DNA of 32,000 bases, taken from Flavobacteriaceae bacterium (GTDB lineage Bacteria; Bacteroidota; Bacteroidia; Flavobacteriales; Flavobacteriaceae). The DNA lies in the NCBI GenBank assembly GCA_965224465.1, contig OZ245049.1:840001-872000 (forward strand). The letters run 5' to 3'. The notes beneath the pieces are model-generated. The model did not search any database. It saw only the letters and a program-made list of their open reading frames with translations, and was not told the origin of the DNA. A program made the position numbers and the translations under genes. Positions 18,901 to 26,580 of this stretch are shown one piece after another. Within the stretch, counting starts at the first letter, position 1; each line of letters starts with the position of its first letter.

Positions 18901-21657
18901 AACTTCATAAGTTCCTGAAGGCGTTCCTTCGAAAACGGTAATTGTGCCATCAGTATTTAAAGTCAGTCCGCTTGGAACAGTCACTTCAGATAAGGTAACT
19001 TCTCCGGGGTCTGTCCCCAGTACAACAGCTATTCCGTCTAAGGTATCATTATCAGTGATGTCTGCAGTGCTTTCCCCTCCTGTAATTGGAGTCGCACTAT
19101 AATCATCATCTGTAGCAACTATTGGATTTACAACTACAATTTTTACCGTAGCTGTGTCACAATTCACTGGATTTGCTCCATTTTCACAAATCTTATATTC
19201 AACTTCATAAGTTCCTGAAGGAGTTCCTTCGGCAACGGTAATTGTGCCATCTGTATTTAAAGTCAATCCACTTGGAACAATCACTTCGGATAAGGTAACT
19301 TCTCCTGGGTCTGTCCCCAGTACAATAGCTATTCCGTCTAAGGTGTCATTATCTGTGATGTCTGCTGTGCTTTCTCCTCCTGTAATTGGAGTCGCACTAT
19401 AATCATCATCTGTAGCAACTATTGGATTTGCAACTACAATTTTTGCCGTAGCCGTATCACAATTCACTGGATTTGCTCCATTTTCGCAAATCTTATATTC
19501 AACTTCATAAGTTCCTGAAGGCGTTCCTTCGGAAATGGTAATTGTGCCATTTGTATTTAAAGTCAGTCCGCTTGGAACAGTCACTTCGGATAAGGTAACT
19601 TCTCCTGGGTCTGTTCCCAGTACAATAGCTATTCCGTCTAAGGTGTCATTATCAGTGATGTCTGCTGTGCTTTCCCCTCCTGTAATTGGAGTGGCGCTAT
19701 AATCATCATCTGTAGCAACTATTGGATTTGCAACTACAATTTTTGCCGTAGCCGTATCACAATTCACTGGATTTGCTCCATTTTCGCAAATCTTATATTC
19801 AACTTCATAAGTCCCAGAAGGCGTTCCTTCGAAAACGGTAATTGTGCCATCAGTATTTAAAGTCAGTCCGCTTGGAACAGTCACTTCAGATAAGGTAACT
19901 TCTCCGGGGTCTGTCCCCAGTACAATAGCTATTCCGTCTAAGGTATCATTATCTGTGATGTCTGCTGTGCTTTCTCCTCCTGTAATTGGAGTCGCACTAT
20001 AATCATCATCTGTAGCAACTATTGGATTTTCAACTACAATTTTTGCCGTAGCTGTATCACAATTCACTGGATTTGCACCATTTTCGCAAATTTTATATTC
20101 AACTTCATAAGTTCCTGAAGGCGTTCCTTCGGCAACGGTAATTGTGCCATCAGTATTTAATGTCAATCCACTTGGAACAGTCACTTCGGATAAGGTAACT
20201 TCTCCTGGGTCTGTTCCCAGTACAATAGCTATTCCGTCTAAGGTGTCATTATCTGTGATGTCTGCTGTGCTTTCCCCTCCTGTAATTGGAGTGGCACTAT
20301 AATCATCATCTGTAGCAACTATTGGATTTTCAACTACAATTTTTACCGTAGCTGTATCACAATTCACTGGATTTGCTCCATTTTCGCAAATTTTATATTC
20401 AACTTCATAAGTTCCTGAAGGCGTTCCTTCGAAAACGGTAATTGTTCCATCAGTATTTAAAGTCAATCCACTTGGAACAGTCACTTCGGATAAGGTAACT
20501 TCTCCTGGGTCTGTTCCCAATACAATAGCTATTCCGTCTAAGGTATCATTATCGGTGATGTCTGCTGTGCTTTCTCCTCCTGTAATTGGAGTCGCACTAT
20601 AATCATCAGCTGTAGCAACTATTGGATTTACAACTACAATTTTTACCGTAGCTGTGTCACAATTCACTGGATTTGCTCCATTTTCACAAATCTTATATTC
20701 AACTTCATAAGTTCCTGAAGGCGTTCCTTCGAAAACGGTAATTGTGCCATCAGTATTTAAAGTCAGTCCGCTTGGAACAGTCACTTCGGATAAGGTAACT
20801 TCTCCGGGGTCTGTCCCCAGTACAATAGCTATTCCGTCTAAGGTGTCATTATCTGTGATGTCTGCTGTGCTTTCTCCTCCTGTAATTGGAGTCGCACTAT
20901 AATCATCATCTGTAGCAACTATTGGATTTGCAACTACAATTTTTGCCGTAGCCGTATCACAATTCACTGGATTTGCTCCATTTTCGCAAATCTTATATTC
21001 AACTTCATAAGTCCCAGAAGGCGTTCCTTCGAAAACGGTAATTGTGCCATCTGTATTTAAAGTCAATCCACTTGGAACAGTCACTTCGGATAAGGTAACT
21101 TCTCCTGGGTCTGTCCCCAGTACAATAGCTATTCCGTCTAAGGTGTCATTATCGGTGATGTCTGCTGTGCTTTCCCCTCCAGTAATTGGAGTCGCACTAT
21201 AATCATCAGCTGTAGCAACTATTGGATTTGCAACTACAATTTTTGCCGTAGCCGTATCACAATTCACTGGATTTGCACCATTTTCGCAAATCTTATATTC
21301 AACTTCATAAGTTCCTGAAGGAGTTCCTACGGCAACGGTAATTGTGCCATCAGTATTTAAAGTCAGTCCGCTTGGAACAGTCACTTCGGATAAGGTAACT
21401 TCTCCTGGGTCTGTTCCCAGTACAATAGCTATTCCGTCTAAGGTGTCATTATCGGTGATGTCTGCTGTGCTTTCCCCTCCAGTAATTGGAGTCGCACTAT
21501 AATCATCATCTGTAGCAACTATTGGATTTGCAACTACAATTTTTGCCGTAGCCGTATCACAATTCACTGGATTTGCTCCATTTTCGCAAATCTTATATTC
21601 AACTTCATAAGCTCCATTTTCCTGAAGGCGTTCCTTCGAAAACGGTAATTGTTCCAT
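15979..21657 (-). CDS. largest ORF of the adhesin locus: 17 tandem 100-aa repeats + thrombospondin-type-3-like repeats + gliding-motility-associated (type B) T9SS C-terminal domain
   Basis: 1892-aa ORF. The repeat is NPIVATDDDYSATPITGGESTADITDNDTLDGIAIVLGTDPGEVTLSEVTVPSGLTLNTDGTITVFEGTPSGTYEVEYKICENGANPVNCDTATVKIVV. D-rich DxDxDG motifs are present (DTDGDGVLD, DCDGDGVLD, DTDNDGIPNYLDNDDDNDGIS). The C-terminus VTPNGDGKNDFLYI...IYNRWGVLVYE...LPVGTYFYIL...GHLYVNR matches the CHU_C/TIGR04131-type CTD. The first ~17 aa (MEQLPFSKERLQENGA) are out-of-frame read-through. Confidence 0.85.
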   Translation of the reverse strand: MEQLPFSKERLQENGAYEVEYKICENGANPVNCDTATAKIVVANPIVATDDDYSATPITGGESTADITDNDTLDGIAIVLGTDPGEVTLSEVTVPSGLTLNTDGTITVAVGTPSGTYEVEYKICENGANPVNCDTATAKIVVANPIVATADDYSATPITGGESTADITDNDTLDGIAIVLGTDPGEVTLSEVTVPSGLTLNTDGTITVFEGTPSGTYEVEYKICENGANPVNCDTATAKIVVANPIVATDDDYSATPITGGESTADITDNDTLDGIAIVLGTDPGEVTLSEVTVPSGLTLNTDGTITVFEGTPSGTYEVEYKICENGANPVNCDTATVKIVVVNPIVATADDYSATPITGGESTADITDNDTLDGIAIVLGTDPGEVTLSEVTVPSGLTLNTDGTITVFEGTPSGTYEVEYKICENGANPVNCDTATVKIVVENPIVATDDDYSATPITGGESTADITDNDTLDGIAIVLGTDPGEVTLSEVTVPSGLTLNTDGTITVAEGTPSGTYEVEYKICENGANPVNCDTATAKIVVENPIVATDDDYSATPITGGESTADITDNDTLDGIAIVLGTDPGEVTLSEVTVPSGLTLNTDGTITVFEGTPSGTYEVEYKICENGANPVNCDTATAKIVVANPIVATDDDYSATPITGGESTADITDNDTLDGIAIVLGTDPGEVTLSEVTVPSGLTLNTNGTITISEGTPSGTYEVEYKICENGANPVNCDTATAKIVVANPIVATDDDYSATPITGGESTADITDNDTLDGIAIVLGTDPGEVTLSEVIVPSGLTLNTDGTITVAEGTPSGTYEVEYKICENGANPVNCDTATVKIVVVNPIVATDDDYSATPITGGESTADITDNDTLDGIAVVLGTDPGEVTLSEVTVPSGLTLNTDGTITVFEGTPSGTYEVEYKICENGANPVNCDTATVKIVVVNPIVATDDDYSATPITGGESTADITDNDTLDGIAVVLGTDPGEVTLSEVTVPSGLTLNTDGTITVFEGTPSGTYEVEYKICENGANPEKCDTATVKIVVVNPIVATDDDYSATPITGGESTADITDNDTLDGIAVVLGTDPGEVTLSEVTVPSGLTLNTDGTITVFEGTPSGTYEVEYKICENGANPVNCDTATVKIVVKNPIVATDDDYSATPITGGESTADITDNDTLDGIAVVLGTDPGEVTLSEVTVPSGLTLNTDGTITVFEGTPSGTYEVEYKICENGANPVNCDTATVKIVVKNPIVATDDDYSATPITGGESTADITDNDTLDGIAVVLGTDPGEVTLSEVTVPSGLTLNTDGTITVFEGTPSGTYEVEYKICENGANPVNCDTATVKIVVKNPIVATDDDYSATPITGGESTADITDNDTLDGIAVVLGTDPGEVTLSEVTVPSGLTLNTNGTITISEGTPSGTYEVEYKICENGANPVNCDTATVTIVVANPIVATDDDYSATPITGGESTADITDNDTLDGIAIVLGTDPGEVTLSEVTVPSGLTLNTDGTITVSEGTPSGTYEVEYKICENGISPVNCDTATVKVVVVNPIIATDDDFSTTPIKVGERTKDITKNDTLDGKPVVLGTDSGEVTLSGVTVPSGLTLNTDGTITIAEGTPSGTYEVEYKICENGVSPENCDTATVKIVVANNLLDTDGDGVLDHIEIANGTDPNQPCSYRVEDISEPIISEMDCDGDGVLDVIEISKGTNPKEACDFIGEDISVDVTAQTDCDADGISTMDEDLNNNGNPDDDDTDNDGIPNYLDNDDDNDGISTAEETQEGDCDSDGILNYLDIDSCDIIVHNLVTPNGDGKNDFLYITGIQSHPKNTMEIYNRWGVLVYETKSYGSDNNVFRGVSEGRMTIEASKKLPVGTYFYILVYTNTDTNKVVKKAGHLYVNR

Positions 21658-21874
21658 CAGTATTTAAAGTCAATCCACTTGGAACAGTCACTTCGGATAA
21701 GGTAACTTCTCCTGGGTCTGTCCCCAGTACAATAGCTATTCCGTCTAAGGTGTCATTATCGGTGATGTCTGCTGTGCTTTCCCCTCCAGTAATTGGAGTC
21801 GCACTATAATCATCAGCTGTAGCAACTATTGGATTTGCAACTACAATTTTTGCCGTAGCCGTATCACAATTCAC
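21605..21874 (-). pseudogene. adhesin fragment (about 0.9 repeat unit) between the 56-bp and 7-bp insertions
   Basis: 89-aa ORF with the same repeat sequence. Its apparent Met is a GTG inside the VNCDTAT motif. It ends out of frame (GTPSGKWSL) after the inserted CTCCATT at 21612..21618. Confidence 0.7.
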
Positions 21875-22875
21875 TGGATTTGCACCATTTTCGCAAATCT
21901 TATTTTTGCCGTAGCCGTATCACAATTCACTGGATTTGCACCATTTTCGCAAATCTTATATTCAACTTCATAAGTTCCTGAAGGAGTTCCTACGGCAACG
22001 GTAATTGTGCCATCAGTATTTAAAGTCAGTCCGCTTGGAACAGTCACTTCGGATAAGGTAACTTCTCCTGGGTCTGTTCCCAGTACAATAGCTATTCCGT
22101 CTAAGGTGTCATTATCGGTGATGTCTGCTGTGCTTTCCCCTCCAGTAATTGGAGTCGCACTATAATCATCATCTGTAGCAACTATTGGATTTGCAACTAC
22201 AATCCCAGAAAGTTTTACCGTAGTTGTATCACAATTCACTGGATTTGCTCCATTTTCGCAAATCTTATATTCAACTTCATAAGTCCCAGAAAGTGTCCCT
22301 TCGGCAACGGTAATTGTTCCATCAGTATTTAAAGTCAGTCCACTTGGAACAGTCACTTCGGATAAGGTAACTTCTCCTGGGTCTGTCCCCAGTACAACAG
22401 CTATTCCGTCTAAGGTATCATTATCGGTGATGTCTGCTGTACTTTCCCCTCCTGTAATTGGAGCGCCACTATAATCATCATCTGTAGCAACTATTGGATT
22501 TGAAACTACAATTTTTGCCGTAGCTGTATCACAATTTTCTGGACTTGCTCCATTTTCACAAATCTTATATTCAACTTCATAAGTTCCTGAAGGCGTTCCT
22601 TCGGCAACGGTAATTGTGCCATCAGTATTTAAAGTCAGTCCGCTTGGAACAGTCACTCCAGACAAGGTAACCTCTCCTGGATTTGTTCCCAGTACAATAG
22701 CTATTCCGTCTAAGGTGTCATTATCGGTGATGTCTGCTGTGCTTTCCCCTCCAGTAATTGGAGTCGCACTATAATCATCATCTGTAGCAACTATTGGATT
22801 TGCAACTACAATTTTTACCGTAGTTGTATCACAATTCACTGGATTTGCAAATCTTATATTCATCCATTTTCGCAA
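21871..22875 (-). pseudogene. adhesin fragment (about 3 repeat units) between the 14-bp and 56-bp insertions
   Basis: 334-aa ORF of repeat sequence. It begins with out-of-frame residues MRKWMNIRF and ends with AKIRFAKMVQIQ. It also contains an in-frame 9-bp insertion (CCCAGAAAG, 22204..22212) giving TTVK-LSG-IVVANP. Confidence 0.7.
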
Positions 22876-23450
22876 ATCTTATATTCAACTTCATAAGTCC
22901 CAGAAAGTGTCCCTTCGGCAACCGTAATTGTGCCATCAGTATTTAAAGTCAGTCCGCTTGGAACAGTCACTTCGGATAAGGTAACTTCTCCTGGGTCTGT
23001 CCCCAGTACAACAGCTATTCCGTCTAAGGTATCATTATCGGTGATGTCTGCTGTGCTTTCCCCTCCAGTAATTGGAGTCGCACTATAATCATCATCTGTA
23101 GCAACTATTGGATTTGCAACTACAATTTTTACCGTAGTTGTATCACAATTCACTGGATTTGCTCCATTTTCGCAAATCTTATATTCAACTTCATAAGTCC
23201 CAGAAAGTGTCCCTTCGGCAACCGTAATTGTGCCATCAGTATTTAAAGTCAGTCCGCTTGGAACAGTCACTTCGGATAAGGTAACTTCTCCTGGGTCTGT
23301 CCCCAGTACAACAGCTATTCCGTCTAAGGTATCATTATCGGTGATGTCTGCTGTACTTTCCCCTCCTGTAATTGGAGCGCCACTATAATCATCAGCTGTA
23401 GCAACTATTGGATTTGAAACTACAATTTTTGCCGTAGCTGTATCACAATT
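22860..23450 (-). pseudogene. adhesin fragment (about 2 repeat units) between the 5-bp and 14-bp insertions
   Basis: The frame is open from just below the TAA at 23451..23453 down to the stop at 22860. I hand-checked NCDTATAKIVVSNPIVATAD in frame with the track ORF 22860..23270, whose Met is a GTG within VTVPSGL. Confidence 0.65.
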
Positions 23451-25516
23451 TTATTTTCTGGACTTGCTCCATTTTCACAAATCTTATATTCAACTTCATA
23501 AGTTCCTGAAGGCGTTCCTTCGGCAACGGTAATTGTGCCATCAGTATTTAAAGTCAGTCCGCTTGGAACAGTCACTCCAGACAAGGTAACCTCTCCTGGA
23601 TTTGTTCCCAGTACAACGGGATTTTCGTCTAAGGTATCATTATCGGTGATGTCTATTGTGCTTTCTCCTCCTGTAATTGGAGTGGCACTATAATCATCAT
23701 CTTTGGCATCTATTTGAGGAATACAACTAGGAATATTATCATAAGGTTTTACGGTATCTATTGTCACAGAAACAATTCCAGAATCAACAAATGTTTCTAA
23801 ACTATCATAAAGTCCATTATCCCCCACAGGCCCAGAGCTCTCAGTTCCTGCTTCTTCAGCATCAGAACAGCTGTCATTATCAGAGTCGAGATCAACACTT
23901 TTTGTACATGTGGGATCCACCTCATTTAAACTAAAACCATCAACAAGAACAACAGTAGGCGCCTCTAAATAAAACTCATATTTAACAGAAGAAGAAGTTG
24001 CTTCAAAAACAATTCTATATTTTTTCCAGTGAGGATTGTATAGAGTTGATACATCTGGACTTTGAGTAAAATCGGCTGTTGAACTAGGGTCTGTTGAAAA
24101 ATTAGTATAGACCGTTTCATCTAAGGGAGTCTGGTATAGCACATTTACTCCTGTACCACTTCCTTGATCAACAAAACCATAACGCACATGATGTATATCG
24201 TAATCATATCCCTCATTTCCAGAGTATCCATAATTAGGCAAGGTCCCCATTTCAAATTCTAATACATATTGACTTCCAATAGTTAGTCCACTTATATTAT
24301 TCGAAATTGCTTCATCAGCTAGTGAAAAAATCAAAAAACCACCACCACTATCAGATGGTATAATATTTATTTTATAAAAGCCTCCTGTTCTTGGATCTCC
24401 AATACTTGAGCCCGCTAAATACTGAGCTTCAGACCAGTCAGGGGTTCCTGTTGTAAAGTCCCATCCTTGATAAAGCCCAATAGGACTTGTACCATTAAAA
24501 GAATAACTACTTAAATGTGATTTATACTTAGAATTCCCATCTTCAGAGATTGCTTTCGTTGATATTTCGGTATCTGAGTAAAAAAAATCACCGTTGGTTA
24601 ATAAATCTATTGTTGGACATTCTACTACATCAGGAATCCCATCATTATCATCATCTATATCTATAACATCTGAAATTCCATCATTATCAAAATCTGAAAT
24701 AACATTGAATTGGGACGTATCATAACTATAACAATTTGCTACGGCATGGTAAAAAGCAGCATAATAAATGCCAACCGGCGCAGCATTTGAGCTCCCAAGT
24801 ATGTTTGTTTGACTCACAGGTAATGCCGTATGCCAACTTAAGCTAGTACCACTAGGACCTGCATTTGAAGAAATAGTTGTTAAATCAAATGTAGTTACTG
24901 CGCTCGCAGACCCAACATTTGAGGATAAAACTGGCGCATTTACACCTGCTTCACAATTATAACAAGTTGGAGTCCCTATAGAAACAGCATCTATAATAGA
25001 TTGAACTCCTGAATCCACACCTGCTGCATCTGCTCCTTTTAATTTTAAATAAGCATACGCATCGTTTTCAGATGAAGACAACGTATACGTAAATTCCTGA
25101 AAAGTTGAATAATTACCACTTCCATAGAAATTATCCATTAAAACAGGCGTTGTAAAACTTATCCCATCTATACTAAAAGACACTAAATAGCTATCAAGAT
25201 CAGCTGAACTATTAACTGCTTTAGCAGTAATCGTAACTTTAGCACCTTGTGTGAAGGTTGTGGTAAATGATGCAGCCGTATAGGTTACCGACCCATACCA
25301 TTCTTCAGGACCATCTCCATCTGGAGCACCATGTAATGTTGCCGCAGATCCACCTCCTGTAACATACTGGGTTTCTAAATAAGACCCATGAGAACATTGT
25401 GCCTGTATACTACTCATAAGCATTATAGAAAACAACCACATTAAAAAACCCTTTAAAACAAAATTGTTCGTATTTGATAAACATTTATATTTCATACCAT
25501 GATTGTTTTTATACAT
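23420..25516 (-). CDS. N-terminal fragment of the adhesin: signal peptide, unique ~590-aa region, first repeat unit
   Basis: 698-aa ORF with a hydrophobic signal (LMWLFSIMLMSSIQAQ). Alternative starts are at 25495 or 25438. It has a TSP3-like DFDNDGISDVIDIDDDNDGIPD and then the first repeat, DAKDDDYSATPITGGEST...EVEYKICENGASPEN. After that the frame is lost at the ATTTT duplication. Confidence 0.8.
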   Translation of the reverse strand: MYKNNHGMKYKCLSNTNNFVLKGFLMWLFSIMLMSSIQAQCSHGSYLETQYVTGGGSAATLHGAPDGDGPEEWYGSVTYTAASFTTTFTQGAKVTITAKAVNSSADLDSYLVSFSIDGISFTTPVLMDNFYGSGNYSTFQEFTYTLSSSENDAYAYLKLKGADAAGVDSGVQSIIDAVSIGTPTCYNCEAGVNAPVLSSNVGSASAVTTFDLTTISSNAGPSGTSLSWHTALPVSQTNILGSSNAAPVGIYYAAFYHAVANCYSYDTSQFNVISDFDNDGISDVIDIDDDNDGIPDVVECPTIDLLTNGDFFYSDTEISTKAISEDGNSKYKSHLSSYSFNGTSPIGLYQGWDFTTGTPDWSEAQYLAGSSIGDPRTGGFYKINIIPSDSGGGFLIFSLADEAISNNISGLTIGSQYVLEFEMGTLPNYGYSGNEGYDYDIHHVRYGFVDQGSGTGVNVLYQTPLDETVYTNFSTDPSSTADFTQSPDVSTLYNPHWKKYRIVFEATSSSVKYEFYLEAPTVVLVDGFSLNEVDPTCTKSVDLDSDNDSCSDAEEAGTESSGPVGDNGLYDSLETFVDSGIVSVTIDTVKPYDNIPSCIPQIDAKDDDYSATPITGGESTIDITDNDTLDENPVVLGTNPGEVTLSGVTVPSGLTLNTDGTITVAEGTPSGTYEVEYKICENGASPENKIVIQLRQKL

Positions 25517-25587
25517 AGGATTATATACTGCTCCTACTCGTTAATAATTATAAAAAAAACTGCTGTTTTCCTTTTCTTTTTCCTTTT

Positions 25588-25595
25588 CAAAATTA
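25588..25595 (-). promoter_or_regulatory. candidate -7 box (TAATTTTG) for the adhesin gene
   Basis: The plus strand CAAAATTA gives TAATTTTG (TAnnTTTG) on the minus strand, 72 nt upstream of the ATG at 25516. No convincing -33 TTG was found. Confidence 0.35.
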
Positions 25596-25711
25596 TATCT
25601 TAAATTAAAATGCGCTCTTAACTTGTACTAGTATGCACATATCTATTTCTAAAACAGATACATTCATAATAATGATATTCACAAATAATGAGGTACGGGG
25701 GTTAATTCTTT

Positions 25712-25830
25712 ATATAATTGGTCTTGTTAAAAACAGAGAGATCGCTAAAGGTGCTTCATAGCTTCTACCAAGCCATTGCAAATAGATATAGTAGTTAATC
25801 TCATAAAAACAAACAGCTAACTTCTAATTA
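25712..25830 (+). repeat. degenerate relic (fifth copy) of the ~160-nt element
   Basis: Patchy collinear matches to the element. CTTGTTAAAAACAGAGAGATCGCTAAAGG matches GTTGTTAAAAAATAGAACGATAGCTTAGG. CATAGCTTCTACCAAGCCATT matches GATAGCTTAGGCTACCATCCATT. TAGTTAATCTCATAAAAACAAACAG matches TAGTTAAAATAAAAAACAG. The 5' third is missing. Confidence 0.35.
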
Positions 25831-25942
25831 ATACACCCCATCTAAAAAAGAAAGAAGTAAAAATAAAAAAACAGTACACTATTCCCTTAAACTAACACTA
25901 CACACTGTGATAATCTCATATATTTGTAACCTAAATTATACT

Positions 25943-26100
25943 AATTACAATCCAAAATGTTTGATATAAATAGTTTGTTTTACGTTCTAGTGTTGTTAAA
26001 AAATAGAACGATAGCTTAGGCTACCATCCATTTTTCGCCTAGTTAAAATAAAAAACAGTTCCATTTCTAAACCTACACTTGTAAATGTATAGTTGGTATC
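25943..26100 (+). repeat. copy B of the ~160-nt structured intergenic element
   Basis: The sequence is AATTACAATCCAAAATGTTTGATATAAATAGTTTGTTTTACGTTCTAGTGTTGTTAAAAAATAGAACGATAGCTTAGGCTACCATCCATTTTTCGCCTAGTTAAAATAAAAAACAGTTCCATTTCTAAACCTACACTTGTAAATGTATAGTTGGTATC. It aligns along its full length with copies A, C and D. Confidence 0.8.
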
Positions 26101-26580
26101 ACTCAAAATTTCAGCAACACAAACTAGTAACGCCATCATATATGGACGTTATAAATCAATATCTATCCTATTCCTAAAACAAAGGAACTATTATATTTTC
26201 AATGGAGTATTTCGTTATTTTTAATATTCGAATTATCAATTTTTACATGTTCAGATATTGCAAACAAAATACAACACACATCACCTATATCGAATAATTA
26301 ATAAAGTTTGGGGGGGAAGTAACAATTAATATTTAATATTTAATTGTAGTACTAAGTTATGACTGTATTCCTTTTTAGCTCAACATCAATTCGATCAATT
26401 CGATCAATTCTACATTTAACGCATTGATTTCGAAAAGCAAACAATCAACTTATGTGCAATATAAACAAAATATTTAAACAATCAAAATATAATCGATTAT
26501 TTTTCAATACATTACACTAAAAAAAGGTCTTTTTCATAAAAGGATATTGGTAAAAACATTGATCAGGATCTATATTTACA

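Larger units (their letters stand above)
16731..23715 (-). repeat. tandem array of 23 x 300-bp coding repeats (plus 91 bp of local insertions)
   Basis: The period is exactly 300 bp. For example, the 60-nt lines at 17641, 17941 and 18241 are identical. The stretch 18601..18900 is identical to 18901..19200 in all five 60-nt lines. I counted 23 EVEYKICENG occurrences across the five ORF fragments. Confidence 0.9.
15979..25516 (-). pseudogene. giant T9SS type-B-CTD adhesin locus, interrupted by four frameshifting insertions (roughly 3150 aa if repaired)
   Basis: Five same-strand ORFs (23420..25516, 22860..23450, 21871..22875, 21605..21874, 15979..21657) encode one continuous architecture. That architecture is a signal peptide, a unique ~590-aa N-terminal region, 23 x 100-aa repeats, TSP3-like Ca-binding repeats and a type-B CTD. 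The frame breaks coincide with insertions of 5, 14, 56 and 7 bp relative to neighbouring repeat units. Confidence 0.8.

Noticed and set aside
16835-21809. Plus-strand ORFs inside the repeat array (16835..17110, 21573..21809)
   Set aside because: They are antisense shadows of the adhesin repeats, with low-complexity S/P/T/V-rich translations. They exist only because the repeated sequence lacks stops in that frame.
16731-23715. Possible CRISPR array or non-coding satellite, because of the highly regular 300-bp periodicity
   Set aside because: The repeats are contiguous with no unique spacers. Each unit is 300 bp, and apart from the five insertions the array translates in frame into a conserved 100-aa protein domain on the minus strand. 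No cas genes are present. It is a coding tandem repeat.
16731-23715. Diversity-generating retroelement (template/variable repeat) as the source of inter-unit variation
   Set aside because: No reverse transcriptase or accessory gene is in the window. The substitutions between units are not adenine-specific, and the linker codon alone reads GCA, GTA, AAA, GAA and TCA. Variation is shared by blocks of neighbouring units, which fits unequal crossing-over or gene conversion better.
26322-26347. 8-bp-arm inverted repeat ACAATTAA-N10-TTAATTGT as a regulatory palindrome
   Set aside because: It is composed almost entirely of A/T in an AT-rich spacer, so such hairpins are expected by chance. It is mentioned only as context in the control-region finding.
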